A stretch of 63,999 nt of DNA, filler included, from Porpidia crustulata (GCA_964255105.1; 8 parts of 8 records of this genome joined end to end with filler, not necessarily neighbours in it), one strand, 5' to 3'; shown: positions 13,325 to 25,524, numbered from the whole stretch's first letter. Made by a program: numbers and translations. The notes: a model not told the origin generated them from the sequence alone.

Positions 13325-14948
13325 AATGAGCAAATTAAGTCGCGGCTGAGTATTCAAAGATTCTGTGCAATGGACTGTATTGGATTTTCGTTGAGAATCG
13401 ATCAGGTAGGAGGATTGAAAGAGCAAAGACCAGCTTCACCTGGTGGTTATATACCAAATAGGCATGTCTGATTGATGAGACAATTGGAAAGTACCAGCGG
13501 GTTGATGCTTTGGAGAAACAGTAAAAGGAAATGAAACCTAGGATATCTCGATATAAATAGTAGAGCTCATCTCAATACGGGTTGTTTCTTGCAGATGAGA
13601 GGAGTAGGCATGACAAGCCAAAGCGAAAATGATTTGATTCAACGGGTTCTGGTGGGCGGGAAACTTGACGTATGCATCCTTCAGTGAACAACGGAGGAAG
13701 ATGCCTCGAAAGGGCAAAGGAAGAAGAGACGGAACATTCGATCGCCTCCTAGGAGGATTGTATGGGTTTCAGGATATCACGGACGCAGGCTGAGGAGGAA
13801 TCTGGGTTGCAAATCCTTGTATTCAAACCTCGGGACAGGTACGTTGTTGGTTATCTCAAGCACTAACAATTGCCCTGGTGTTGAAAGATCCATGCAACCC
13901 TTACAGCGACCCGCGCACTGTGGTGCAGTTTGGGAACTTGAACATGTCATGATGCGGAAAGCACAGTTAAGTAGTGATAGTAGTGGCAGATATACTGCCA
14001 AATCCTGACGGTGGACTTGATCGGAGTACAATCATCAGGGCAAGTTCCCATGTTTCCATATAATGTGCAATCAGATCATAGGGTCTGGTCTCAATTCACA
14101 CCTCTCATTAGCAAAGGCTTTCCACGCTAGTCACGATCATGACTTGTCGCGGGATCGCATAACGAAAAGCTCAATATTGAAGGCGGTATCTAACTTGCCG
14201 AAGGATGTAGATCGCGGTCCTGAGATCTTTCTTTGACTCGTTCCATTAGATGGAGGAAGCTGCGGCCAATGTAATCCAGGATGTCAACCCGTCTTTTGCC
14301 CTTGCGTAGACCTTGGTGGTCTGGGGTTCTTTAGCAATTGGACCAATAGATAGCTGGCTCGTTCCATTAGGAGTGGGCAGCCGGCCGTGTCAAACATCGG
14401 AGAACCCCCACCTCTTTTCTCCTAGCCTCCGTTGATCGCTCTGCAACGCGGAACATTTCGACCTATCAGTACTCTACGGTACGTAGGCACCACGTGAAGT
14501 AGGCATCTTTAGATCTGCTCTTTTAATTGTCTGAAACGTCTTGTGCTCTGGTGGAATTCATGGGGAAAGGTGTGTTCCTCGGTATCTTTTCAATCATTTC
14601 AGAAGAAAAGCGATAAAGCAGTATGCCTCGTCGGCTTGTACCCATTCCATCTATCCTCCTCAGGTTCTTTCCATTGACGTATCAGGAACTTCATGACAGA
14701 GGATTACAGGAAAGACGGAACCAGGGGAGACGAACTCGCCAGAATGGGAATCGCTAGTGTGGGCCGTGGGGTCAGGGGCACGGTCTGGCTGACTAAGCCA
14801 CGCTACGTTTCAAGGCCTTCGGCCCCTGACGTAGGCCGCCTTATTTCTGCCGAAAGCGATTATCGAAACCACGTACGGAAGGCAATCGTTCCAACGGTTC
14901 AACCGAGAACCATACCCCACTCAGACATCTACATAGGTACCTGCAGAT

Positions 14949-15742
14949 ATGGCATTGCCAGCGACAACAACATTTCCTGCCGGGGGAACTTGGTTTGATA
15001 CCCTGAAGAAGTCATTTGCCGACGTCCACACCGATGCAGCCCATGACAATGCCATCCCGACCGCAGACTTTCTCGAGGCTGCCGACTCGCTCACCACTCT
15101 TTTCGGTAAATTATATACTAGCTATATATATACCAATAGACTGATATATCTCAGACCTCCTTGGGGGCATGCCAATGGCAACAGTCAAAAACGATATAAC
15201 GGGTAACATCAAGGTAGTACCTCCCAACCTTACCACCATCACCACCCCACCTAGCTAACAGACAGCAAGAAAGTCCGAGACCGCCAACTAGCCGCACCCG
15301 CCGAGTCCGAAAACCTCCAGTCCCTCGTCATCAACGAGCTCAAGACCAAAAAGCACGTCGCCGCCGAAGGCCTACTCTGGCTCATCCGGTCCGTCGCCCC
15401 CCATCCCATCTCAGCGAAAGCAAAAGCTCTAACAAAACTCAAAACAGAGGCCTCGACTTCACCGCCCAAGCGCTGCGCCACAACCTCGCCAACAGCACCG
15501 ACGAGCTGTCCGCCTCCTTCCGGGCCTCGTACGCCAACACCCTGAAACCGCACCATTCCATGCTCATGAAGCCGCTCTTCAGCGCCGCCATGTCGGCGAC
15601 GCCGTACAAAAAGGACTTCTACGCCAAATTAGGGGAGGACCCGAGGAAGGTTAATCTGGCGTTGGAGACGTGGTTGGATCCGCTCGAGAGGCAGGTTGTG
15701 ATACTCAAGAAATTTCAAGCCACGAAGGAGGCGAAATGGTAA
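14949..15742 (+). CDS. het-c2: Glycolipid transfer protein, HET-C2 type (4 exons)
   Basis: Motifs FLEAADSLTTLFD, VKNDITGNI, AEGLLWLIRGLDF, TLKPHH, ATPYKKDFYAKLG and terminal EAKW; three GT-AG introns. Confidence 0.92.
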
Positions 15743-15998
15743 GGGGGGGCTGTGTTTCGGTGTCTCGAGGGATGGAGCAGGTCGAGGGACATAGTTTCGG
15801 ATCTTCATGACAGGTGCAAGCCACGTTCCGGGGTTGCGATGAGTCATGTCCTGATGTCCGTCTGATGTTACGACTGATAAAACATCTTCGCCAAACCGAC
15901 TCGAGTTTCTGGTCATGTGATATCATAGCCCTCACTCGGAAACGAAGAACCCTCCTACAAAAGTATCCCCAAGAATACCACCCTCTCCCCCAGATCCC

Positions 15999-16098
15999 NN
16001 NNNNNNNNNNNNNNNNNNNNNNNNNNNNNNNNNNNNNNNNNNTTAATTAATTAANNNNNNNNNNNNNNNNNNNNNNNNNNNNNNNNNNNNNNNNNNNN
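15999..16098. other. Artificial contig spacer
   Basis: 44 N + TTAATTAATTAA + 44 N. Confidence 0.99.
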
Positions 16099-16682
16099 CT
16101 AGATAGAGAGGGTGGAAGATTCTTGTGGGAAAAGTTGTGGTGGTTTTGGATGTTATTGATGAATGGTAGTCTGGATTTTTAGAAGAGAGTGATTGAGAAC
16201 ACCACGACAGCCGTCGCCGTGGCCCGTATATATAATTAGATGCGGATTTCGCAGCTTCACGAGAATACCGAGAGTCACTCAGCCGTGCCAACATCAAGCA
16301 GCCACCGGCAAGGGACCTACCTATTCGACCAAAACGCGTCGTCAGATGACAGGACGATGCGCTTCTAGTGCGATATTTGGCGCATGTGGCTTCAAGCGGG
16401 CTTTGAGCTAAAGGGTGAGTAATCTCACGTGACCTCGGCTTGTGGGCTTTTGTTTGAGCTCCGAACCGAGCGCCCAGTATTTTGGCAAGGGCAGCTACTG
16501 TGAAAAAAGCGATTCGACGAGCTTGATTATTCAATATGTAGTTTTAATTTCTCGGCTCGATTTGACAGCTACTTGCTACCAACAGTCTGCTCTGCGGGCA
16601 GTCTACTTGGTGGAATCAACAATTGCTACATTCATCCAGAATCTCAATTCTAAGGGGTACTGACGCCTAAACAATCAAGATC

Positions 16683-18370
16683 TCACCATTCGTCAGACTG
16701 AGCATTAGAAGACTCTGCTTTCTTCTTCGCGGACTCAATTTCAGCCTTTCCAGAGTTGATCTGTGCAAAAGCTAACCTGTCCCAAGTCGATCCTTTGATA
16801 GGATTCGTATTTTCATCTCTCACCTTTGAAGGATCCATTTTGGCCTGGGAGGAGTTCGTCACTGAATATTCAGCCTCTTCAGAGTTGGTCTTTGACGAGC
16901 TCGTCGTTGGAGAATTCGACTTTGCCCACGGGGAAGCCACCTTTGCAGAGTCCAAGTATGAAGAGCTTGGTGGCTCCGCTTTCGATATCGAAGCCTTCCG
17001 CCATGAAAGCGGCGCTGTGTTCTCAATCGCCGGGTTTCCATATGGTGATCTCGGTATTGGTTTTTTATGCTTTTCTGGATAAACTGTCTTGGTGTAAGGG
17101 GATCGCGGTCCAGCGCTGGATGGGGTCTGCCGAGAATTTGTCTTTGTATAAGATGCTCTTCCTAATGCATTCTTTTGGGTTTGCCAGATATCCCGCGCCA
17201 ATTCAATCAGTCTCGGGCCGAACTCTTTTAAAACAGCCTTCACCTTGTCCTCTGTTGGCATTTCTCGATTCATTCCTGTATTCTCATCAGTATCGAATGT
17301 AGCTCTCTTCCAGTCTTTCTTCCATTGCTCAACTGCTTCTTTTGCCTTAGGATGGGTGGGATCCACGTCTGTCGCAATCATGTAGAAGGACGAGCGCACC
17401 GCATGTATGGTTTGTGGCTTGCAGAGCTTGACTTTGGAAAAGTCATCGAAGGTCTTCAGCAGCTCGATATTGTCAAAGGCATCTGCCTTGTGTAGAAGCA
17501 TCACGAACGTTCCTCTGGGGCTGATTCTTGTCATGCCGAATATCAGCTGCGCCACATTCAAGCGAACTATCTCCTTGGTTTGACGATACTCTTCTCTGAA
17601 GTGTGTGCGTAGGATCTGCCCGTCACATAAGACATGGCCAAATGTTTCACCCAAAAATGGTCTGTTACTACTGAAGTTCTTGGCATCTGGATGACCCTGC
17701 GGAATTTCCGACATTGGAGTGCCATACTCGACGGCTAACATTGTAAGGTCCATGAAATCGACTTGCACGCGAGGATCTTTCTCGCCGTAAGCAGCGACCA
17801 TGGGGTGGCCGCCGAGATGCAGAGGTAGAGTGATGCCTTTGACAGATGCTTCTGGGTACGTTTGAAGAAGATGTTCAGTGTAGCCGCCTGGAGCAATGCA
17901 AAGATGCAAGCATTTCGGACGCTGCTCTGATGAATCTGGAACAACGAAAGCACCAGCACTCTTCAACTCACTTCCAATCCTCAAGTTGATTTTCCAGAAT
18001 GTCTCCTGTTGGGCCTTGTCGTTGTTGGAGCTATCGGCGATTTCACGAAGTTTTTGGAAGTGTTTGTCTCCATCGGCGTTGCTCCAACCCTGCAGAACAG
18101 TCAGGTGAAGAGTCCAAAGCAAGTAACGCAGCAAGTCTGCAGTACTTTCTCACGGAGGTCATCCAACTCGCGAAACACTGGCTCCTCTTTACGAAGATAG
18201 TCTCTTACGATCATATTCGGAAGCTGGTAGGCAGCCAGTCGACTCAAAGGTCCTGTAATAGGTGTATTGCTTGTCTCAGGTATAAGTCCTTCGTGGCTAA
18301 GTGCACCATGGCTGGTATCAATGGTAAGCTTAGAGATTTTCAGATCTCGTGGTTCCAGTACAGGCGCCAT
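16683..18370 (-). CDS. FtsJ/RrmJ-like SAM-dependent methyltransferase domain protein with low-complexity C-terminal tail; intron 18145-18090
   Basis: LCIAPGGY SAM-binding motif, LCDG, GTFVMLLHK and RSSFYMIA. Upstream exon MAPVLEP...LREK splices onto GWSNADGD. Confidence 0.8.
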
Positions 18371-20101
18371 GGTTGACGAATGTAATATTCAAAATTTTGA
18401 AGATCTGTGGAGCGTGTAAGCTGAGATGGAAGAGTGGAAGATGAGACGAGTGAAGCTAGATTGGGATGCTGATACTTAACGTGGGTGAAGTATTCAAAGT
18501 GACTGTGAATGAAGCGCTTCCCCACATTCAGGCAGTTGCTTTCAATCTTAGTGATGATACGGTCATGCATTACAATAAACAAGCTCGTACATTTGGAATC
18601 ATCTGGATCACTTTGCCTACCAACCTTTCTTTCGATTTCATTCACACTGGACGGAAATCCCCGGTCTATCTTTCTTCCATGATCCATCTAGGTAAGCAGC
18701 AATACGATTACAGATATCCGAAAACATTTCCTTAAAATTCAGATCTATGAAACATATCTTATCAAACATAATGTAGCCGATTGCACGTTTAGTCGATCCA
18801 TTATGTGCAGGTCTCCGTTGCATACCAAGACACTTTTGAACCTATAAGGTGCACTCTCCACGACCGGACGTTTCACGATATAATGAAGCCAGCAGTGAAC
18901 AACCCGAAGACGAAACCTCTAAACAAACCAAGGATATCAACCCACTGCATATCGGATCTGGTCAACAGACATACCCATAAGTAACAAGTGAGAACAATTC
19001 GATCTTTGAAAAGGAACCCCATTTTTCAATTTCTCTAGGGTGAGATAAAACATCCATTGTCCGGCGTCCATTTGAACAAACAGCATGATATCTAGTTCCT
19101 TATTTCGACAACAAAAACCACACATAGACTAAAAAAACGGTCACAAGTGGTAGCAAATAAGTCTGCGGGAATCTTCATATTCCAGATACTAATCCATCGT
19201 ATCCTATGGGGGGGGCCCACCGTCAGTCAACCGGTCAAGGAACGGAGATACAGGAAAGCCAGAGGATCGACTGCCTCGTGAGCGAGGAGTCGTATTATTT
19301 AGAGACGTTGCTTTATAATGAATAGTGAATGAGTTCACTAAAGGTAGAGGCGCATAGAGATTCAAGGGAGGTTCTTCTGATGAGCATTGGCGACAAGACT
19401 GGTAATGAAGGAGGAGGTGGTAGAATACGTTCATGCTCGCGTGATATGTAATTAGTAGACGTAGGTGCTCTTGAGACTAGACTTCAAAAGCTAGCGTCTC
19501 TCAAGAACGAGGCGTCAAAGTAATGCTAGAATTGTGAAATTCGGATCGCTTTTGCTTGAATTTATTGATATGATGCTATATATGGTACCGGCCTTGCTAC
19601 ACAGCGCTGGAATTGGATATAAAAATCAATCGTCAAGGATAAATCCTGCAAGAAATTCGCCGAAAACTAATAATCGATTTCTTTCAGGGCGCTGAGGACT
19701 GTCAACTTCCAGCTTGATGCGTTCTCCACATCCAATGATACTGTTTTTCGCTTTCTGTCTGCAAGCTTAGGTCTCTTCGCCCACCGCCCCTCCCAAGGAC
19801 TCGAAATGTTACGCTCGAAATGCGTAGCTACGGACTCGTCGCAGCTAAGGGCTAGACCTTGGATTTGGTCTTGGACTTCCGAAGACTCCATTTCTTCCAT
19901 TGCCGTAGACTCTTCGTCAATTTGTGGCAGCTCCGCTCCTTCAGTAAAAACGGGGGAGCAATGAGGCTGAGTAATCGTAAATCGCCTGTACTGGAGGTGG
20001 CCGATGAATTTATGTGAACCATATTGGTTGATGTATTGTCCATTGAAGTAAGAGGTCCGTATGAAAGCGCTGTTCTAGCCATACTATCAGCTCCTTGGTC
20101 T

Positions 20102-21097
20102 TTACACTTCTTGGAAAGCTTGACCTGCCTTCGATGATGGGTTATACCATTCGTCCAACGAAGATACCCCAGGAGCAGACTTCCTCTGTTGTCCAACGCT
20201 ATAGCGATGATGGTTCCATAAGTTCATGGGTAGTATGGGTAAAGAAATAGCGCTGATATCGGAAACGTCCGAGAGACTCAGTCCGGACAAGAATGAGTAG
20301 CCGATCGAGGTTGCTGAAGATTTAGAGAATCTTGACTCATTTAGAGCAACCCTTTTGTATGCTCGAGAGGTTCTGAGGTCCTCCTCAAAAGCGAATCCGA
20401 AAAATACTGGACTAACTGTCCGTCCGCTACTACGCTCGTTGATGCTAAGACTGATACACGAAGTGGCACTCGTGGCGATCAAAGCAGGGTGTATACGCTC
20501 GATGTTTCTCAGTTGGTGAGACATATTTACATTTGACCTGAGCACCCGACGAATTAGGGTACTTAGATTCTTTGTAGATTCCACCGCTCTATCTATGGAG
20601 GTGCTGAAAGCACAAGTGGATTAGCCTCTCGTTACAGATACTCATTTACAGTTTTGAATGCATGATTACCAGTTCAGTGTTGTTAGCATAAGAGTGAGTG
20701 AAGATTTAGATATCTGCAGACGATAGAGAAGTCTGTTGATTCTTCCCTCTTTCACAGTCCATTTGAATCTGTCTATCGTTTTCACCGGTCGATCTTATTT
20801 TAGCATCTCCAGGGTTTGCTCCAACTCCGAGAATATGGAAACACAGTCGGTGAGAACAACAATAACTTGCTCAATCATTATAAGAGATCTTCGAGATCTA
20901 AACGACTCCTCTTTCCCGAGCAGATATTCCTGAAGCTGTCGAAGACAGATACCAATCCCATTCACCTCTGTAAGAACAGCCTGCGCTGAATTGGGCGCTT
21001 CCTTTGCGCTGTTCACAAAAGTTCGCAGAAGTGTTGATACTTGACATGTTGCAACTATCAATCCGGCAATTGAAGTAGCAACCGATAGAGGGTCCAT
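20102..21097 (-). pseudogene. HeLo-like (fungal N-terminal domain) gene with in-frame premature stop at 20797-20795
   Basis: Starts MDPLSVATSIAGLI. The frame reads EQTLEMLK*DRPVKTIDRFKWTVKEGRINRLLYRLQISKSSLTLMLTTLNC, then intron 20669-20604, then ORF 20102-20584 (FEEDLRTSRAY...SGLSLSDVSDISAISLP). Confidence 0.75.
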
Positions 21098-21981
21098 ATC
21101 GCGGTAGCCTGGCTAGGTGGAAGGATGGACGGCGGCATGGCAGATATTTGAACTCTTAAGCACTATCAACGATAGCGCGGGGCAAAATTTCGACGCAACC
21201 CTCGTGAACCTCGATCTATGGAAGGTGTGTACGCAGCCTGACGCAGATCAGGTATACAACTAAGCAATCATACACCTTCGCTTCGCTTAATCGCCTTGCC
21301 ACGTACGACACAGTTCGCCTTGCGCGGGGAACCACTCGTCGGCTGAAGAACCCAAACATATGGAGAAGAAAGGGAAAGAAAGGCCAATAGCGCTCCAATA
21401 GGCAATCTGGATCTACAATCATAAACGGGATAGAAGCTTTGAGGTGATACAAGGCGGAGCTGCCGCCTGAAATTGAAAAAAAGATGTGGATCGGGAAAAA
21501 GACAGTGGGTGTATTGAGACTTCAGCAGATCTCAACAATCCTGTAATCTTGACTTTGAGGAAGTAGCATGGTTGAAGTCATATACCTTAGCATACCGTCA
21601 ACAAGGACTTGCTAGACCGTGCAGGCATCATCGGCAGGGGCCAACAGGTCGCTGCATCAGGGGTATAGGCTGAAAAGCCAAGAATGATGGAGGGATTCGG
21701 ATGGAAAAAAAAGGTTGATGGAAAATATCCAGGTAGGGTGGGTGAGTGGCACAGTAGGTGGGTGGCACTCGTGGTAGGTGGTTGATATATTTGAAGCTAA
21801 GCCTATTAAGATGATAAAATAATGTGACGTCGGAAAAGTAAACAGACGCGGCGCGTCATATTGATATTGATAGGTCGTCAAATCCACCTCAACACTACGC
21901 AAAAATTCTAGCTTCGTGCTCTAGATATCCGTTTGCAATAACAATCCATCAATTGATCCTACAGTAAATTCAACTTTGATC

Positions 21982-24036
21982 ATGGACTCCCCAAAGTCTC
22001 CCTCGCCTAACCCAAAGGTCATCCAATCAACCATCGTATCCTCGGCGCTACCGACTCCGAGCTTCAGCTCTACCCTTCCCTTTCCCATCAGCCGAACTAC
22101 ATCTGACTCTGCATATCGCACAAAAGCCTCCAATACGCGCCAAAAACGTAATGAAGCCGCACTTCGTCGACGTCGGACTCGATCCGCAGCGTCTTCGCAA
22201 AACTCTTCCGCAAGCGCTAGCGAATCCGAGATGGACGACTTTTCATTTGATTTAGCCAAGCTAGGGGAGAAACCCAGTGGACTTTCGATTGGTGATGGAA
22301 AAAGAGATACGCAACTCATGGGGAGCGATGACGACGGACCGGAGGATTTCACATTGAATATGGCGAAGTGGATGAGTGGGAGTGCGGCTTGGCAAAAGGA
22401 CGCCGAGCAAAATTCAGACAGACGTCATAAAAAAAATCAGGATGAAGTTGAACTTCCCATAGGAAGCGTTGAACAGCTTCGCGATCGGAACGATAAGGAG
22501 GAGGCGAAGAGACAAGGGTCTTTGAATGAAGACGAGAACGAGTATGAGGCCGAAGACGAGAGCGAATTCATACCATTGGCTGTATCCACACCTGGACCTT
22601 CACGACTAAGAAGCCAGCCAAACACCCAAGAGATCCACGAACAAGCTGGAAACCCTGAGAAGATACATGCGCCGCCATTGGTACGATTGGATACTGAAGA
22701 GAAGCACGACAGAGCTGCGGAAGAAGTGTTTGACCGAATATCTGCACTGCAAGAGGAAGTCGAAAGAATGCGGATCGGAGATGAGGAGCGTCGCTACGAA
22801 AGCAACGCTCAGGAAATAGACCACCAACAGCTCCAGCTGGAGCATGAAGATCTGAAGATTGAGCTCCAGAACGAGCGAAGGAAAGCCGGTGAGTGGCAAG
22901 CGAATCATATCAAAGCCAACGAAGAGGCAGCGGCTTCACAGGAGGCAGCGAGACGCGACGCCGAAGCGAGAATTGGATTGTTTCTCGCCAAAATCAAGCC
23001 CCTCACGGAAGAGCTTGACAGTGTCAGGTCAGAAGCAGAAGCGTCAAAACTAGCAGCAGACACCGAGATTGCAGAACTCAAGGAAGCACTTTGGGCTTCG
23101 CAGAAAGCAAATAAGGACCATAAAGACGCAACAGAAGACGGCGAGATCAAGCATCTGAGAATGGAGCTCGAGACCAGCAGAAGCGAAACCGCATTTGAAC
23201 AGAAACGATATGCAGCCACAATGGAGGAACACGAAACGACTGTGGAGGAATTACGAAGTGAGAGCCAGGCTGCCATTGAAGTAGCCAAGGCGGATGCAGC
23301 AATGTTGAGAAATGAGCTAGAGCATGCGCAAGAGCAGCTGATAGAGACACGACGCATAGTGGAGGTGATCGAAGATGAGAACGATCGCTTAACGCAAGAG
23401 AATGAACGTCAGGCCATTGACATTATAGAGGTGAGGGCCATGGTCAAGGAAGATGACGACAAGCTTGATGCAGCTCAATCAACGATCGAGGAGCTGCAGT
23501 CTGTGGTTGATAGTATGCGGGAGGAGCAAGAAGCTGGACCTCGATGTGTCGAGGATCATAAATCAATTGAACAACTCACAGTCCAAAACGAAGGGGCCGT
23601 CACCGGACTGAAAGCCCAGCACCGACGGACGCTTCTCGATACCGAGTCAAAACATTCCGAAGAGCTCAAAACTCTCCAAACCACTCTCCTAAAAGCCGCA
23701 GAAGGCATGCGCAGGCGCGAAGCTCGTCTTGCCAAGGCCCACGGCCAAGATATCGAAACCCTGAAGCGAGATATCCAAACCCTCAACCAGAGACTAGACA
23801 CCAAGAATAAAAAACAACCACCCACATCCGATGCAGCGAAAATCACCGAACTCCGCAACGCCATCCGTCTTCTCTCCCAACAACTCACAAGCACCAAATC
23901 CGACCTCACCGCCACCAAATCCACCCTCGCCACAATCCAATCCACCCTCACAACAACCCAATCCACCCTCCACACCACCCTCGCCCAAAAATCCACCGCC
24001 CTCTCCTCCCTCGCCTCCGCCAAAGACTCCCATGCC
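21982..24036 (+). CDS. Long coiled-coil protein, possibly SnaD-like spindle-pole-body protein; 3' truncated
   Basis: Single open frame of more than 680 codons: acidic N-terminus with a DGPEDFTLNMAKW motif, then extensive heptad repeats. The SnaD assignment is from motif memory only. Confidence 0.6.
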
Positions 24037-24136
24037 NNNNNNNNNNNNNNNNNNNNNNNNNNNNNNNNNNNNNNNNNNNNTTAATTAATTAANNNNNNNN
24101 NNNNNNNNNNNNNNNNNNNNNNNNNNNNNNNNNNNN
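24037..24136. other. Artificial contig spacer
   Basis: 44 N + TTAATTAATTAA + 44 N. Confidence 0.99.
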
Positions 24137-24221
24137 ATAGTATGTCTCATAATACCCCCAACAACATCTGGAATGGATTGGTCATTCCAGATGTTGTTGG
24201 GGGTATTATGAGACATACTAT
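24137..24221. repeat. Perfect 39-bp inverted repeat with 7-nt loop at contig start
   Basis: 24137-24175 is the exact reverse complement of 24183-24221; loop GATTGGT. Confidence 0.95.
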
Positions 24222-24725
24222 TGGGGCCAATTCCCGTTCTGTCGTGCGCTTGAATGTTGTCTGGCGTCTCGAAGCCGCTGGGCAAATGAACCCCCAAGTC
24301 CAGATCGTTCCAGTTCGAGTAGACTTTAAATCCGTCTACCGGAGAGATGGAGTCGACAATTATTGCGCCATCCAACGCCAGTCTTATTCCCACTGCAACT
24401 ACCGCCATATCTTATTCCCCCTGTCACCACCGCCATATCCACCTCTGCTATCCACATCCATTACTGGCTCAGGCGCCGGCGTTTTACCTTGAGTGATCAA
24501 ACCAAACTCCGAGAATCTCTTCCACGCGTGTTTGCCATGTCATCTTGAAGGGCTGTACGAGCATGCAAAGCTGTTGGTCCGACAGCGGTCGCACGCAGGC
24601 TGCTTCTTGTCACACTTTAATTTGGCCGCGGAGCAGGCGTCATAGGTGGACCGAAGCTTGGAAGGCGCTCTCGATGTAGACATCGGTCTTGCGGGAACCC
24701 TGAGCGTATGTCTGGCTAGTGACAT
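24183..24725 (-). pseudogene. AflR-like Zn(II)2Cys6 transcription factor pseudogene (5' part)
   Basis: KLRSTYDACSAAKLKCDKKQPACDRCRTNSFACSYSPSR*HGK: first Cys position is TAT (24644-24642) and there is an in-frame TGA at 24542-24540. Confidence 0.8.
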
Positions 24726-24953
24726 TCGCAGTGTAAAAAGAAACGCAGACCGCGAGTTGTAACATCGGTAGATTTCTGATGTGGAGGGTTTTCGGGGTAT
24801 TAAGTGCCTACGGTGACCCTCCAACCGATTGAAGCATTGTACATAGGCACAGGCTCAGCTCGTTGATACTGAGGCTAGTTTCTATTTGTCAGTTACTGCT
24901 AAAGTCTCAAGCCCATGGAGGAGGCGACTCTTGTGCTAGAAAGTTTATATGAG

Positions 24954-25163
24954 CTACTCATTTTCAACCTCGAACCTCTCAACGGAACAACTACTCGTTC
25001 CCACCCCCAAACGGTCCGCGCTAGTTAAGATTAGTCGATATAACCCTAACCCTACACTGTAGCCCTAACCCTAGGTAGGGCGGACCGTTTGGGGGTGGGA
25101 ACGAGTAGTGAAAGCAACCCTAGCCCTAGGCCAGCCGACCCGTTGAGGGGTGAAAACGAGTAG
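24954..25163. mobile_element. Nested MITE-like element with telomere-type internal repeats
   Basis: Perfect 30-bp inverted repeats at 24990-25019 and 25080-25109 (ACTACTCGTTCCCACCCCCAAACGGTCCGC). A related degenerate outer pair lies at 24954-24985 and 25140-25163. Interior contains TAACCCTAACCCT, CCCTAACCCTAGG and AACCCTAGCCCTAGG. Confidence 0.75.
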
Positions 25164-25524
25164 TCTTCTATGCCAACACGGCCAGGTATCTCCTATGCCA
25201 GAGCTGGAGGAGCTTTGCGAATTGTTGAATCTAAAACGTATAATATGGTTTATGCTTTCAACACCTATTAGCCAGCTAAATGTATCTAGAGGATATGGGA
25301 AGTCATCTCTAGTTGCATTAGGGGTGGGCTGGTAGTAGCAAGTCTGTCCGATATCTGAATTCCACTCGTTAACGTAATCTTTTGGCTATCGTAGAAACTC
25401 CTTAAATTGTATTGTAGGCCAATAGATCATACATTTTTCTCCATTTCGCCCAGGGAAATACGTTAACATTGCGCAAATCGCCGTCACATCTTTTCCCATC
25501 ACAAGCCTCTCACGTTCGACAAAA

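Noticed and set aside
18380..19430. Possible degenerate G-alpha-like C-terminal domain for the HeLo-like gene (CFRISVIVLLLT*MD)
   Set aside because: The resemblance is too weak by eye and no G1/G3 motifs were found; it needs a translated search.
21921..24033. Long antisense ORFs over the coiled-coil gene (and similar ones over other CDSs)
   Set aside because: Shadow frames caused by codon bias of the real gene.
25041..25080. True telomere or chromosome end
   Set aside because: Only about two CCCTAA units at a time, internal to the contig and enclosed by inverted repeats.
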